Shown here: piece after piece, positions 12,216-24,875 of the stretch
Layout: every line of letters begins with the position of its first letter
Position numbering within the stretch: the stretch's first letter is position 1
Assembly (NCBI RefSeq): GCF_001194135.2
Contig: NC_068989.1
Location: 33,101,875 to 33,165,874, forward strand
Length of the DNA stretch: 64,000 bases
Direction: 5' to 3'
From: Octopus bimaculoides
Taxonomy: Eukaryota
Position numbers and translations under genes: made by a program
The notes under the pieces: model-generated
Told to the model about the DNA's origin: nothing
What the model saw: the letters and a program-made list of their open reading frames with translations, nothing else
Database searches by the model: none

Positions 12216-13846
12216 AGAGAGAGAGAGAGAGAGAGAGAGAATGAGTTGTGATACAATAAAATTTAACTTATTGAAATGAAGTGAAGATAGCTCCTTAAGA
12301 GTGGCAGATCAAAGTCTGTTGATGTAACCAGCTAATCAACTACATTACCAGTGTAGCAAGAACATTTATAGCAAAAAGTTTTCAGAAAGCCCATTAGTAA
12401 AATAACACAATTTGAATGTTTACAGCCTTTAAATGATATTTTCCAATCATAGATAGCCTACTAATAGGTTTGAGCTTTATTCTTTTTTTTACCATTCTAT
12501 GAACAGCTATACTTACCAGAGTACATTTGTACCAAACATCCAATTTCATTAACAAATGCCTTTTTTTGCAAGAAAACTGTTACACTTTTCATAAAATCAT
12601 TGAGATTCTATGAGTGTAATCTTCTACGGGATTGTAAATCTTATTCAGGCAATCAAAACTTGTGAGAGTCACATAAAAGAAAAACAAGCCACCCAACACA
12701 CTTGTCAATATTTCTTCTCTGTTGAAGGGATCTACCAAAAAACATTAGAATTCACATCTCACAGCACAAAAACTAACTGGACTTTGTGAACTTTATTGAC
12801 ATCAATCCCTACTTAGCAGAATAAATACACAGTTTATATGAAAAATAAAATGAACACACAATTATTAGACCTTCAAGCTACCTTAAAGGATAAAATATAT
12901 TAATCAGCACTTCAAATTTCTAAAGGAAGGAATTATATAAAAGCAAATTAAAACCAGTTTATAAGCATGAAAACTCATGAATTGCATAATAGTAACAATA
13001 AAGGACATAGGAGGAAATATCTGGAAAATAATATACAAAATGGTATAAGAATAAATGCTGTCACTAACCACAGGAATTTAAAAAAACATACTTAGCTCCA
13101 GGTTATCTGGCATTAAGCTGAATAATACGGATTAAATAAAACTAATAAAGAAATATTTTGATAGTGAGATTAAGGTTGCAGCTTGAGTTAATTGGCACAT
13201 TTGGATTTTGTTCAGTATGAAGTATTAAAGAAGCACCAATCCAAACATGGAAGCTATATACCAACAACAGCAACTCAGTTTGAAATCTATAAAGAACAAG
13301 AAGCCAACATTTTGGAACAATCTTTAAAAGGAATTATATTACATGTAGTCAAATTAAGTTTGATTGGTATAGAAAGTAACAAGAGATACAAAAATCAAAT
13401 AGGAAAGACATTATGTTAAATAAGGAATAATTTTCTTGTTTTATACCTTTTTATCACAGTATATTCTGAAATCTTTGAGTCTGGAGAGTTAGATTTATGT
13501 TGTTTGGTAAATCTTGCTTCACCATGAGAGACAACTTTAACTAAAGAGAACCTCGATTTCCTAATTAGTAAATTCATACTACTTAAAATGTAGCAAAAAC
13601 TTCATTTCAAAACACTGAGTAACTCTCATTGTTATTAATGTTAAAAGTTAAATTTACAAAGAAAATAGAACAGTCGCTTCTTATTGGTTGCCAGGTCAAA
13701 AGAAAATTTTTAAATAGATAGAGATACCTTACAAAAGTTTGTTCAATGGATATATATTTTAGACAAATATAGAGCTGTGTCTAACTGAAATTTTGTCTTT
13801 TTCATTCCTTAAAAGTATTTATATTTTAAATATACTCACAATTCCC

Positions 13847-13950
13847 TTTATTTATTCAAAGATAAACAATATTAAATGGCCAAAATCGTAGGACCTTTTT
13901 TTGTTACTGTGTTATTCTGGAACGATTTCTGCTAAGTATTATTGAATATA

Positions 13951-13991
<41 letters not shown>

Positions 13992-14145
13992 ATACATTAA
14001 GACAAAATTTTTGAACAAACTTTAAAAGGATTTGGGTTACATGTAGACAAAATAAGGTTCATAACCACAGAAAGTAACAAGAGACACAAGAAACAAATAG
14101 GAAAGACTACAAATTAAATGAGAAATTATTTTCTTTGTTTTTATT
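13847..14145 (-). terminator. Candidate CUL2 polyadenylation signals (AATAAA at 14140-14145; overlapping pair at 13847-13856)
   Basis: Plus-strand tttatt hexamers about 280 and 570 nt downstream of the stop codon; hexamers are common in AT-rich DNA, so usage is unproven. Confidence 0.35.
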
Positions 14146-14426
14146 GCAGATCTATCCCTTTTTTCTCCTTTTTATCACACTGCATTCCCAAATCTTCAAG
14201 TCACTTGATAAGCTAGGAATACAATATATATATATATNNNNNNNNNNATATATTGTTAGAAGAGCAAGGCTTATGTTTGGTAAATCTTGCTTCACCATGA
14301 AAGACAACCTTAGTTAAAGAGACCCTGTTCCCAAATGAACAACAAGGTTAAGTCACAGAAACTTTTAATGTTGGCAGCTGGTTGTAGTCATACTAACAGG
14401 AGTTGTGTTCTATGGTAACATTGTTA

Positions 14427-14720
<294 letters not shown>

Positions 14721-15525
14721 TTATAAAATATTCCAACTAATTAACTTTTCAAACCCTATAACATATTTCCTCTTGATCCCATAGGCCAAAATGTCAGGAT
14801 ATGCTACCCACCACATATATCAGAAGCACAAGCCACTTGAGGGTTTAGTATGTAAGTCATGGACAAATATATAATCAGCATTTTTATGTCAGTTTTTCCA
14901 TACTGACATCAGTCAGACAGGCCTATTGTACAGTGCATAACCATTCATTTTGGTCATTAAACATCTCTTCTATGTCTTATTTTTCCAAAGATACTCTCTA
15001 TGTACATGGTATTTTTTTCACCAGCTTTCAACATTCATTGACACCACATCCATTTTTGAATTATTTATAGACCACCTGAAGTTTCTTCAGATCATACAGT
15101 TTACTTTGGATAAAATAATTATTCAATCAGTATTTTAAGTATAATGATCCAGTCTTCATTGCGATCCTTAGGGGTTTTAATCAAATATGTTGTTACATTT
15201 TTTTTTTTTGTATGACAAATTTTAGAAAAAGAACTATTATTTTGTATTTGTTGGTCAGAAAACCTTCAACAGGATTCTATGCTCCATAATGTGGTGGCAT
15301 TGATAAACTAAGTAAGATGAATAGCATAAGTCATTCAAGTTATGCATGAGAATGAAGTAAGCAAAGTTAAGATCAGAAGTCAATTCAGTGAGAAATTTAG
15401 AGTACATATAGTTATTCACCAGAGATCTTTCTTTAGCTCTCTACCATACATTACAATTGTTGAAGCAATATTAGAATTCAGGACTAGATGACCCTGCATT
15501 GACTATCAATGGCAGTAAATACGCT

Positions 15526-16589
15526 TGTGGTGAAACCTCTCTCTCGGGCATTCAATCATGAATGATAACGAAGCGGCTAACATCTAGCCTTCGGCTGCCT
15601 TGGACCCTTGTGTCCATCACCCTGATTGGTTCTCATTTGTGCGGCAATTGTCCCCAGTTCTGCTTCGCGCCAGGGTGCATTCTGTCCAGTCGTGGCCTTA
15701 TAATAAGGTCATGTGAGAGAGAGTTTTTCTGGGTTTCCAGTGAGCCGTATTTCATCTATAAATAAGCCTGTTTGAACGCGCTAGTCGTCTTCGATTTCAG
15801 ACCTCTCACAGGTCTGGTCGCTGACCACACACACATACAGAACACAGCTACAGCCAGTTTCCAGTGACGATGTCTTCACCACCAATGTACTGTCTACCAA
15901 TGTCGTTGCCAGCAACCCCACCACCAGAGTACACACCAACAACAACAAACACGGTTTCATCTTTACACTGTATGAGTGGATTATTTCCACCATGAGTTGA
16001 CAGTCAGAACCAAACTGCTAGAATACACTATACCAGGTAACCAATCGCAGCATCGACGCTCAACACACACAACATGTGATACAACAGCTCTGCTCTCTTG
16101 GCCACAACTTCCTGCGTATGAACATTCTATATCTAGTGTAACTCTTATACGAACTGGTTTTCTCTATCTCTGTGTTTAGGACTTTTATAGTCTATGTTAC
16201 AGACACTCTTTCTATATTCTGTGTTCCTCTCACTCACACACACACATATTGTACACACACTCATGCTTATACGACAGTCCGTCATTTCATATTGTTGTAT
16301 ACATACTCTTGTACACGAAGGCCTGACTTATCTACTGTGTTATTTATATATGCCGCATGCACGCACACAGACACTACAGTTTCACTATGTTAATAAACTT
16401 ACTCTCTTTATACATCTAACGATTGTGTTTGTCACTCTCTGATTCCTTCTGGCATTTGGCTCGTATCTCTCACGACGAGCCTTCTATGTAATATATTATG
16501 TTTTTGTGTTTGACCGTGCGACGCGTTTAAAGGAGTCATCTTCCTCTACGTTGCCATTCTCCTTTGGTTCGCACGGTCGTTCTATTACA
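15526..16589 (+). mobile_element. Solo LTR (~1.06 kb) in last CUL2 intron
   Basis: TGTGG...TTACA termini; flanks CGCT (15522-15525) and TGCT (16590-16593) fit a 4-bp TSD with CpG decay; ATTGG box, TATAAATA and AATAAA (~16392) in U3-R-U5 order. Confidence 0.8.
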
Positions 16590-16799
16590 TGCTTCATCTC
16601 TAATTTAAGATAGTTAGGTAGGTGACTAATATCATCTTCCCTATATAATTAAGATTCATAACCTTGTGCAAGAGAAGAACTCCACTTACAACACCTGTAC
16701 AACCTCACCAACAGTCAACAACAGAGAAGCATCAATGATAAGACATTCACTGAGAAAACAAAAATGTGTTTGTGCAACACAAATTGCAATCTTGCTCAT

Positions 16800-18240
16800 T
16801 ATCCACAATGCAGCTGGACCTTCTGCTCCATTGCCATGAGGATTTGTAACTTTGCAGATTCCTCTTATCTACCATTCTTCAAGCAAGTTGGCTACATAAA
16901 CAGTTATTTGGACAGATAATGCCACCACTTTTGATGCATGTTTTGCTTTTGTCTCCATACTGTACACAACAAATCTCTTCCTGCAATTCTACCTGCTGAC
17001 TATCATGTACAAATAGTCATTAAGTGAGAAAGCATTATGGTCAGTCCAAACCAACACTGTGGCAGCTCATGACAGTATTCCTTCCATCATCTCAGTGTGT
17101 TCCAGGATAAGCCCATATTCTCTCCAAATTCTTCAATTTTTCACTTTTCAACTTGTATACGTACACATAGATGTCTCTTATCCCATCAAATGCTAGTCTC
17201 TCAGGCCCAGCCATCTACCTAATTATAGCCCTCACTAGCAATATTTCAAAGGTGACTGAAACAGTCATAAACAACCAAAATTACCAACTGAGCCAATGAG
17301 GGATGTTTCATCTACTAGATCATAGCAGCTAAAACTCATTCAAAGCACATCCACTATCTTGTACAAGAACACATTGAACAGTGTAGTTATAAATATGCTA
17401 AAAAAAGGTAGTCACAGTTGGAATGCATCTGGTCATCTTCTTCATCACCTTGTGTGCTGAGTTTTCTTTCCTTTAAAATAACCATCAGTAAAATATCTAT
17501 GGAAACAGACTAACCACAGATCTGCTTTCCTATGTAACACAACCTTAGTGTTAAACTTGAAAAATACCATGTAAGTTATGCTGTTGTCCTTAACCATGAA
17601 TGGTTTAAACCCTAAATTAGCTCTCTGTGATCTCTATCTGTCACTTATTTTATAGATGGAAGATTTCTGTTTGATATCATCATCATCATATCACAGCATG
17701 CATCAAAAAAGTTCTTTTACCTCATTTTCTATGAACTCTGTTGTATCTCAAGGTTTCTCACATTAACTGTCGTGGAAATAAATTACCATCTTGTTGTTAT
17801 TTATATGCACATACTTATATGCCAGTAACAACACTTTGTGTTCTTCAGTATCTTCCACACAGGGCAACATTCACATGCAAGAGAGACACCTCACTCCTGA
17901 CAATATTACTTCCTTCAACAACACAAATCACTACCATTCCATATGCCAAGAAATCATTCTTGCAAAACTATATACTCCCTGTTCATGAACAAAATACTGC
18001 TAATACCTCAAACTTGTTCTGTAATGTCTTAAACTTTCATAGCAATTACATATGTATAATATTGCAAAACCATGTACAAAACACTTGGTCCTCTCCAGGA
18101 CCAGAAAATACTTCAATCCTGATCAATTGGTGATTTTGTCCATACTAACATCCAATACTGCATCCCCAACAAAACTATAATCTGGAAAATTTGTCTAACT
18201 TACTCAACACAGCACTAGTAAACAGATTTACTGTTTTCCC
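16800..18240 (-). mobile_element. Highly decayed LINE-like (probably RTE) relic
   Basis: Patchy resemblance to the minus-strand RTE copies; no intact motif recovered. Confidence 0.35.
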
Positions 18241-19128
18241 TTTGTTCAGCAACAGCTCCTATAATGAATCTGCTTCTCTGAACTAGCAAGTCATATATTA
18301 TTGTAGAGTAATTCAATCACTATATATATATATCAAGAGAAATGATTTGTACCTCCTCACTACATCAATTTCACCAATATTAGGGGGCCTGCAAAGTTAA
18401 TGAGCATTGCTTCTTCTTTTTTTTGACCAGCTGATTTTAAAAAAATTATGATAAAGTAAACAAGGAAAAACCAGTTCTTAGTAGAAATAGAAAGCATAAA
18501 ACCCTAGTGTCATTTGAGATTTGGCCTCACCTCATATGTAGAGTGGATAAAATGACAAAGGGTCACAAGCAATAGTGAGCTGGATGGCATACCCATCAAA
18601 ACTCATATCAGTATGAAAAATGATTAATATTTCCTTCAATAAAGTGGAATGGAAGTAACAGCAATGATGAAGATAAAGTCTGTTAAAAGTGATTTAAATA
18701 CTGATAGAGTATTTATTAGGTACAAGCCCTCAAAGCAGGTGACTTAGGATCTTGTACATGATCAGCAATCAACCAAAGATAATGTATTCTTTAACCCTGA
18801 TTAATATCTTATTAGGTTAGGTTAAGGAGAGAGTGAGGTGTAGTGTTTTTTTTTTTAGATGGAAGCTGTTACTAAAAGTTCAAGGACATTACTTTTTATT
18901 TTTCAATAAACATCTTTTAAAGGGTTCTCACAATTTATTTAACTTTTACTGAATGTGAGAAGACAAGGAAAAGTTGGTGTATTATGAAGGGTAAAATCTA
19001 GAATTCAAGCAAATTGGTGTATAAATTGTTTGACATATTAGCTGAAATATATAGGCAAAAATAGGATTTCAAAGTCTTATATATGTTGGGAATAAAAGAC
19101 TATGTCATCGTAGATCTTTTGTTCATCA

Positions 19129-19335
<207 letters not shown>

Positions 19336-20089
19336 TTATCTTACATTATATTTTTATTACCATACTACTAGTGATTACACTGTGTAACATGATTTTTGTC
19401 CTAGGGTTGCTTACCCCTAGAAAGTATGAAAAATGGCTAATATTTCCTTCAAACTTTGCTTTTCTTACATTTATTCAAACTCCAAAGAATCCCTCTCAAC
19501 ACAGAGAAGCACATACTGCCAGCCACTAAGGGACATGCTCAAGTGGTGAAGGTCAAGCAACTGACTAGCAAAAATGTGGTTCTGAGCAAGATATTTGCAA
19601 TAACAATATTTTTGTTTCAGCAACTCAGTGCTGAATCTGTCTGACATGTAATGAAAAATAGGTCAGTTTCAAAACATTGATGTCCAGGTCACAAAGGCAA
19701 AGTTTGAAGAGAATAGTAGTAATTTCTTTTGATTTCTAAATAGAAGCAAATAGAAAATAACACCTGCTGACCAAAGACAAAATAAATCTGTTACACGGTG
19801 TTATGAAACTGTGTTGAAGATAAAGGTGTTTAGCTTCAATTTAACCAAGAGATATGTATATCTTCAGATGACCAAAGAATGAATTGATTGTAACATAGAG
19901 AACAAAAAAACAATAAAATTAAGTTCAAAAGTTTGAAACTAACACATCTCAATATATTAACATTAACTCATTTCAAAATTTGAGATACTTATGCATATTG
20001 TATGCATGACATGATTGTCATTAAAAATACTGATACCAACAAAAGGTTACAATTATACACACAATTGCAAAACATCTTAATTATATATA

Positions 20090-21310
20090 TCAGGTCATCC
20101 CATAAGTTCTGTCCGAATTTTGAATAAAGAAAACAAGTAATCGAAATTTAATCATCAATGTAGTTTCCCTGATTATTTATGACTTCCTTCCATCTATTTA
20201 CATGCAATTTAATCCCATCAATGTAAAACTCTTGGTTTCAAAGCGAAGAACTCTGAAATGTCAGTTTCAACCTCCTCATGGCTTGTGAAAGTTATGTCCC
20301 CCAAATGATTCTATAAACCATGAAACAAATGGTAGTCTGAAGAAGCAAGGTGGGGAGAATAAGGTGGATGGGGAATTTTTTCCTAACCAAGCTCTTCGAT
20401 CATCTGTGATGTGATCTTTGCAGTGTAGGGTCGCACATTGTCCTGATAAAACATCACTCCTTTTCAATTCACTAAAGGGGGTCTTTTTTTCTTCAAAGTT
20501 TGGTTCAAACACTCTAATTGCTGACAGTAGACTTGAGCATTGATTGTTGCATTAGGTGGTAACAATTCAAAGTGAATTACTCCTTTGCAATCCCACCAGA
20601 TAGAGAGAAGAACCTTTTTTCCATGAAGTTCCCTTCTTGTTTGTGGTTGAGCCTTTTCCCTTTTCCCAAGTCACTGTTTATGATGTTTAACATTTCAATA
20701 GAAGATCCATTTTTCGTCACCAGTTACAAGTCTATCCAAAAAGGGTGAAATGAGTTTGCGAGAATGGAGAGAAGAGCAGATGTCAACTCGGGATTTGCGG
20801 TTGCTTTTAGAAAATTCATCAGGCACCCATTTTCCAAGTTTAGGAATCTTTGCAAGTTGTTGAAGATGACGATGAACAATTGTATGGTTTGAACTAAGCT
20901 TTATTGCTAATTCTTCACCTGATAATGTAGGATTTTCTTCAAGTAATGCCTCAAGGAGCTTATCATCAAACTCAACTGGACATCCTGTTCAATCTTCATC
21001 TTCAAGGCTGAAATTTCCACTTCTGAATTTTGCAAACCATTTTCTGCAAGTTCTTTCATTCAAGCATTCTTTCCCACTTGAGTGTATGTTTCAAGTCATT
21101 TCGGCTGCAGAGTTTCCTTTTTTTGTACTTATAAAGCATTATGTGCCTTAAATGCTCTTTGGATACGTCCATGTTAGAAAGGGTTTTAATCAAAGAAATT
21201 TTAATTCTATTATTCTGTAAAATAATATTTAATTAGTTTAAATGTACACAAATGCATAAAAATAATTTTAAATTCCATTAGACATTCTAAAATACTATTA
21301 AATTTCATTC
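20090..21310 (-). mobile_element. Mariner transposon relic
   Basis: Reverse translation gives FYQDNVRPYTA..KIPHPPYSPHLASSDYHLF; TIR TCAGGTCATCCCATAAGTTCTGTCCG after TA at 20090; other TIR not visible (gap at 21344). Confidence 0.85.
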
Positions 21311-21670
21311 AATTTAAAAAAAAGGTGTATATGTATGTAGTATNNNNNNNNNNNNNNNNNNNNNNNNNNNNNNNNNNNNNNNNNNNNNNNNNNNNNNNNN
21401 NNNNNNNNNNNNNNNNNNNNNNNNNNNNNNNNNNNNNNNNNNNNNNNNNNNNNNNNNNNNNNNNNNNNNNNNNNNNNNNNNNNNNNNNNNNNNNNNNNNN
21501 NNNNNNNNNNNNNNNNNNNNNNNNNNNNNNNNNNNNNNNNNNNNNNNNNNNNNNNNNNNNNNNNNNNNNNNNNNNNNNNNNNNNNNNNNNNNNNNNNNNN
21601 NNNNNNNNNNNNNNNNNNNNNNNNNNNNNNNNNNNNNNNNNNNNNNNNNNNNNNNTATATATATATATAT

Positions 21671-22090
21671 TATCATCATTTAACATCTATTGTCCATGCT
21701 GGCATGGGTTGGATGGTTTAACTGGGCTGGCATGCTGGGAGGCTGTGCCAGGATCCAGTCTGATTTGGCATGGTTCTCTACAACTGGATGCCCTTCCTAA
21801 TGCCAACCACTCCGAGAGTGTGATGGGTGCTTTTACGTACCACTGCCACAGGTACCATTTGCGTGACACCGGTATCTGCCACGACTATGATTTTGCTCAG
21901 CTTGATAGGTCTTCTTCTCAAGCACAACATAATGCCAAAGGTCTTGGTCATTGCCTCCGTGAGGTCCAACACTTGAAAGGAGCTCGGCCACTTTGCCTCT
22001 ATGAGGCCCAACGCTTGAAAGGAACTCAGTCACCTCGCCTCCATGAGGTCCAACACTCGAAAGTAATTCAGCCACTTTGCCTCCATTAGG
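21671..22090 (-). mobile_element. RTE 3' fragment with ~42-bp tandem repeats
   Basis: CATCATTTAACATC..CCATGCTGGCATGGGTTGG 3' end; 3-4 copies of GAGGTCCAACACTTGAAAGGA.CTC.GCCAC..GCCTC at ~21955-22090. Confidence 0.8.
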
Positions 22091-22128
22091 CCTGACATTC
22101 AAAAGTTGATTTTTTTCTTTACATGCTA

Positions 22129-22178
<50 letters not shown>

Positions 22179-22199
22179 TAAGATATTTAATGGGTTGGG

Positions 22200-22385
22200 T
22201 GGTTAAACAGGATCCAGTGAGCCACAAGGTCGCATCATGCTCTATGTAGACTTTGGCATGATTCCCAGCTGTAGAAATCATGGCAAAGCTGACATGGAGT
22301 ACAATGCAGCCGTGGCTCACTGGAACTTGTCAAACTGTCCAACCCATGCCAGCATGGAAAATGAACTTATGATGATGATGATGAT
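22200..22385 (+). mobile_element. RTE 3' fragment
   Basis: TCCAACCCATGCCAGCATGGAAAA..(GAT)n tail. Confidence 0.75.
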
Positions 22386-22643
22386 TCTTAGATGTTTAAT
22401 GATATTTGATGGTAAGAATTTAGGTTAAAATAGATCTATAAAAATTGGGAATAAGATGTAATCTAAGACAGATTGCAGAAAACTATTGCATGTGCATGCT
22501 TTTGAACTTATAAACAGCATTTCATACATCTAATTCAGATTATTCATTTATTAAAAGCTGAGGCATCATTTCATCACTATTCTGTGTATACTGTTCCACA
22601 GGTAATTAACAGCATTGATACAGAGAGCTCCAGCTTCAAATAA

Positions 22644-22644
<1 letters not shown>

Positions 22645-22712
<68 letters not shown>

Positions 22713-22725
22713 CACACACACACAC
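22645..22725. repeat. (TG)n/(CA)n microsatellite (other tracts: (TA)n 1962-1997, 22130-22176, 23381-23414, 45358-45475; (GA)n 12216-12241, 13952-13990; (CA)n 58564-58601)
   Basis: Direct reading. Confidence 0.95.
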
Positions 22726-23375
22726 ATAAATACATATACGTACAGTTATACAAAAGTAGAGTCAAACATTAAAAGAAGGATCACTCAATAAATCTGAATA
22801 CAATATCATATATTATTTTTACAAGAGAAAATCTGACAGTGACTTCAAAGTTTAGGCTTAGTTGCTTTTGTGAAACAAAGTACTTTCAGTTTTCCAAGCT
22901 TTCTATATATTTTTTTTGGTTCATGTTGTGGGTGATGCAATGTGGTTGTTAAGTACATGTAGTATAATAATGTATCTTGAAGGAAAGTTCAATTGGTTGA
23001 GCATAAATAAGAAATTTCTGGGGAGAAAGAGGCAGTAAAATAAGAAAGGGGATAGAAGGAGAAAGAGAAGGGGAAGAAGAAAGACAAAGATATCTGAAGA
23101 GATGGGGTCATCCTACACACCCATGTAACTTCATGTCATATGAAGCTGAGTCAAACTGTTAATATATATATAGACGATGTGAGGATATCTTGTCCTCATA
23201 CTGGATTACTACATCCAAAATTTCACTGGTTTAATTACCAACACCGTTGAGGAAAATTCTCTTCAATATGTGCAGGATTATTATATGTATAAATATGATT
23301 AAATAAGAAGAATGGAGAGTTGGAAAGGATATCAAATTAATTTATTAACATACTGCCCAAAAAAAACTATAGTCA

Positions 23376-23414
<39 letters not shown>

Positions 23415-23415
<1 letters not shown>

Positions 23416-23735
23416 TTGGGCAAGTGTCTTCTACTATAGCCTCAGGCCGACCAAAGCCTTGTGAGTGGATTTGGTAGATGGAAACTGAAAGAAGCCTGTC
23501 GTATATATGTATATGTATATATATGTGTGTGTTTGTGTGTCTGTGTTTGTCCCCCCAACATTGCTTGACAACCGATGCTGGTGTGTTTACATCCCCATAA
23601 CTTAGCGGTTCAGCAAAAGAAACCAATAGAATAAGTACTAGGCTTACAAAGAATAAGTCCTGGGGTCGATTTGCACCACTAAAGGCGGTGCTCCAGCATG
23701 GTCGCAGTCAAATGACTGAAACAAGTAAAAGAGAG
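23415..23735 (+). mobile_element. 5'-truncated SINE body (cephalopod-type)
   Basis: TTGGGCAAGTGTCTTCTACTATAGCCTCAGGCCGACCAAAGCCTTGTGAGTGGATTTGG..AAGGCGGTGCTCCAGCATGG.CGCAGTCAAATGACTGAAACAAGTAAAAGA, recognised from memory as an abundant octopus SINE; a related piece lies at ~36470-36545. Confidence 0.7.
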
Positions 23736-23741
23736 AAAGAG

Positions 23742-23785
<44 letters not shown>

Positions 23786-24875
23786 ATATGTGTGTGTGTG
23801 TGTGTATGTATGTATGGAGACACTCAGATATGCAGTTGTGTGTATGTGTCAGTGATTGTATATGCATGAGCATATGTGTGAGTGTATTTGCAAAATAATA
23901 AAATTTAGCTTGTGCAACATAACATGTGAAGTAAAGTGGACAGCCAATGTATACAATGCCACTTATGTCGAGCATGTAGAGGTATGATGACGGTGAGCAG
24001 TATGGGACTGCCAGTGTCTACTAGATTCAAAAGAGCCAGCTGGATGTGTTAGCAAAGTCAACGATTAAATATCACCTGAGGATATACAACTGGATCTCAT
24101 TATACAGGTAAACCGTTGCTTGATTAAAATCCTGTGTATATGTGGATCTATGTTGTATCGAAACATGTTTAGTGTTTATCAAATAGCTGTCTAAACATAC
24201 TCCTTCCTATTGACTCTATTTATTCAATTTTTATATATATATATATATACAGGATTTAAATGTGAGATATCTGGAATTTCAGACATATCTTACAAAGTCA
24301 GTAAATGTGACAGACTGTGAAGTACATATAGAATTATCTTTTAGTAGCTTGAAAATGACAAATGGTAGCAAATAAAACCTATAATCACAAGAAACAAGTT
24401 TGCCTTTTATAACACAGCAAAACAACTGAAAATAGTTACTATTCTAGTAAAACAGTAATGATAAAATGACTAATATTTTACTTTCACAGCCTTTTCTCAA
24501 TACATACTTTTATCTGCAGATTTAACATACAAACTAGAATTACTAGTCATCAGAACTACTATTCACTTTAATTAGATAAGAGAATATGCATTGAACACTT
24601 TACATAATTTGTCTTTCCTCATTTAAGTACTGAGTTCAGCTTCACCCTATGTCTCTTCAAAGTTGATAAAATAAATATGTATAAAATACTAAAGAATACT
24701 CCTCCATACAAAGATAGGTCACATGTCTTGTGAAAAAAAAAAATCTTAATTTGGACATAGCAAAGAAATAGATGAGATGGTAGAATAGTGAGTAAATGCA
24801 TTATATTATTTAGTAGGCAGAAGTGGTACAGTTTTGAACAAAATACCTTGTAGTATTATGTCTATGTTATGAGTT

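Noticed and set aside
21309-22089. Long ORFs including the 254-aa one
   Set aside because: They run through an N gap and RTE 3' UTR; artefacts.
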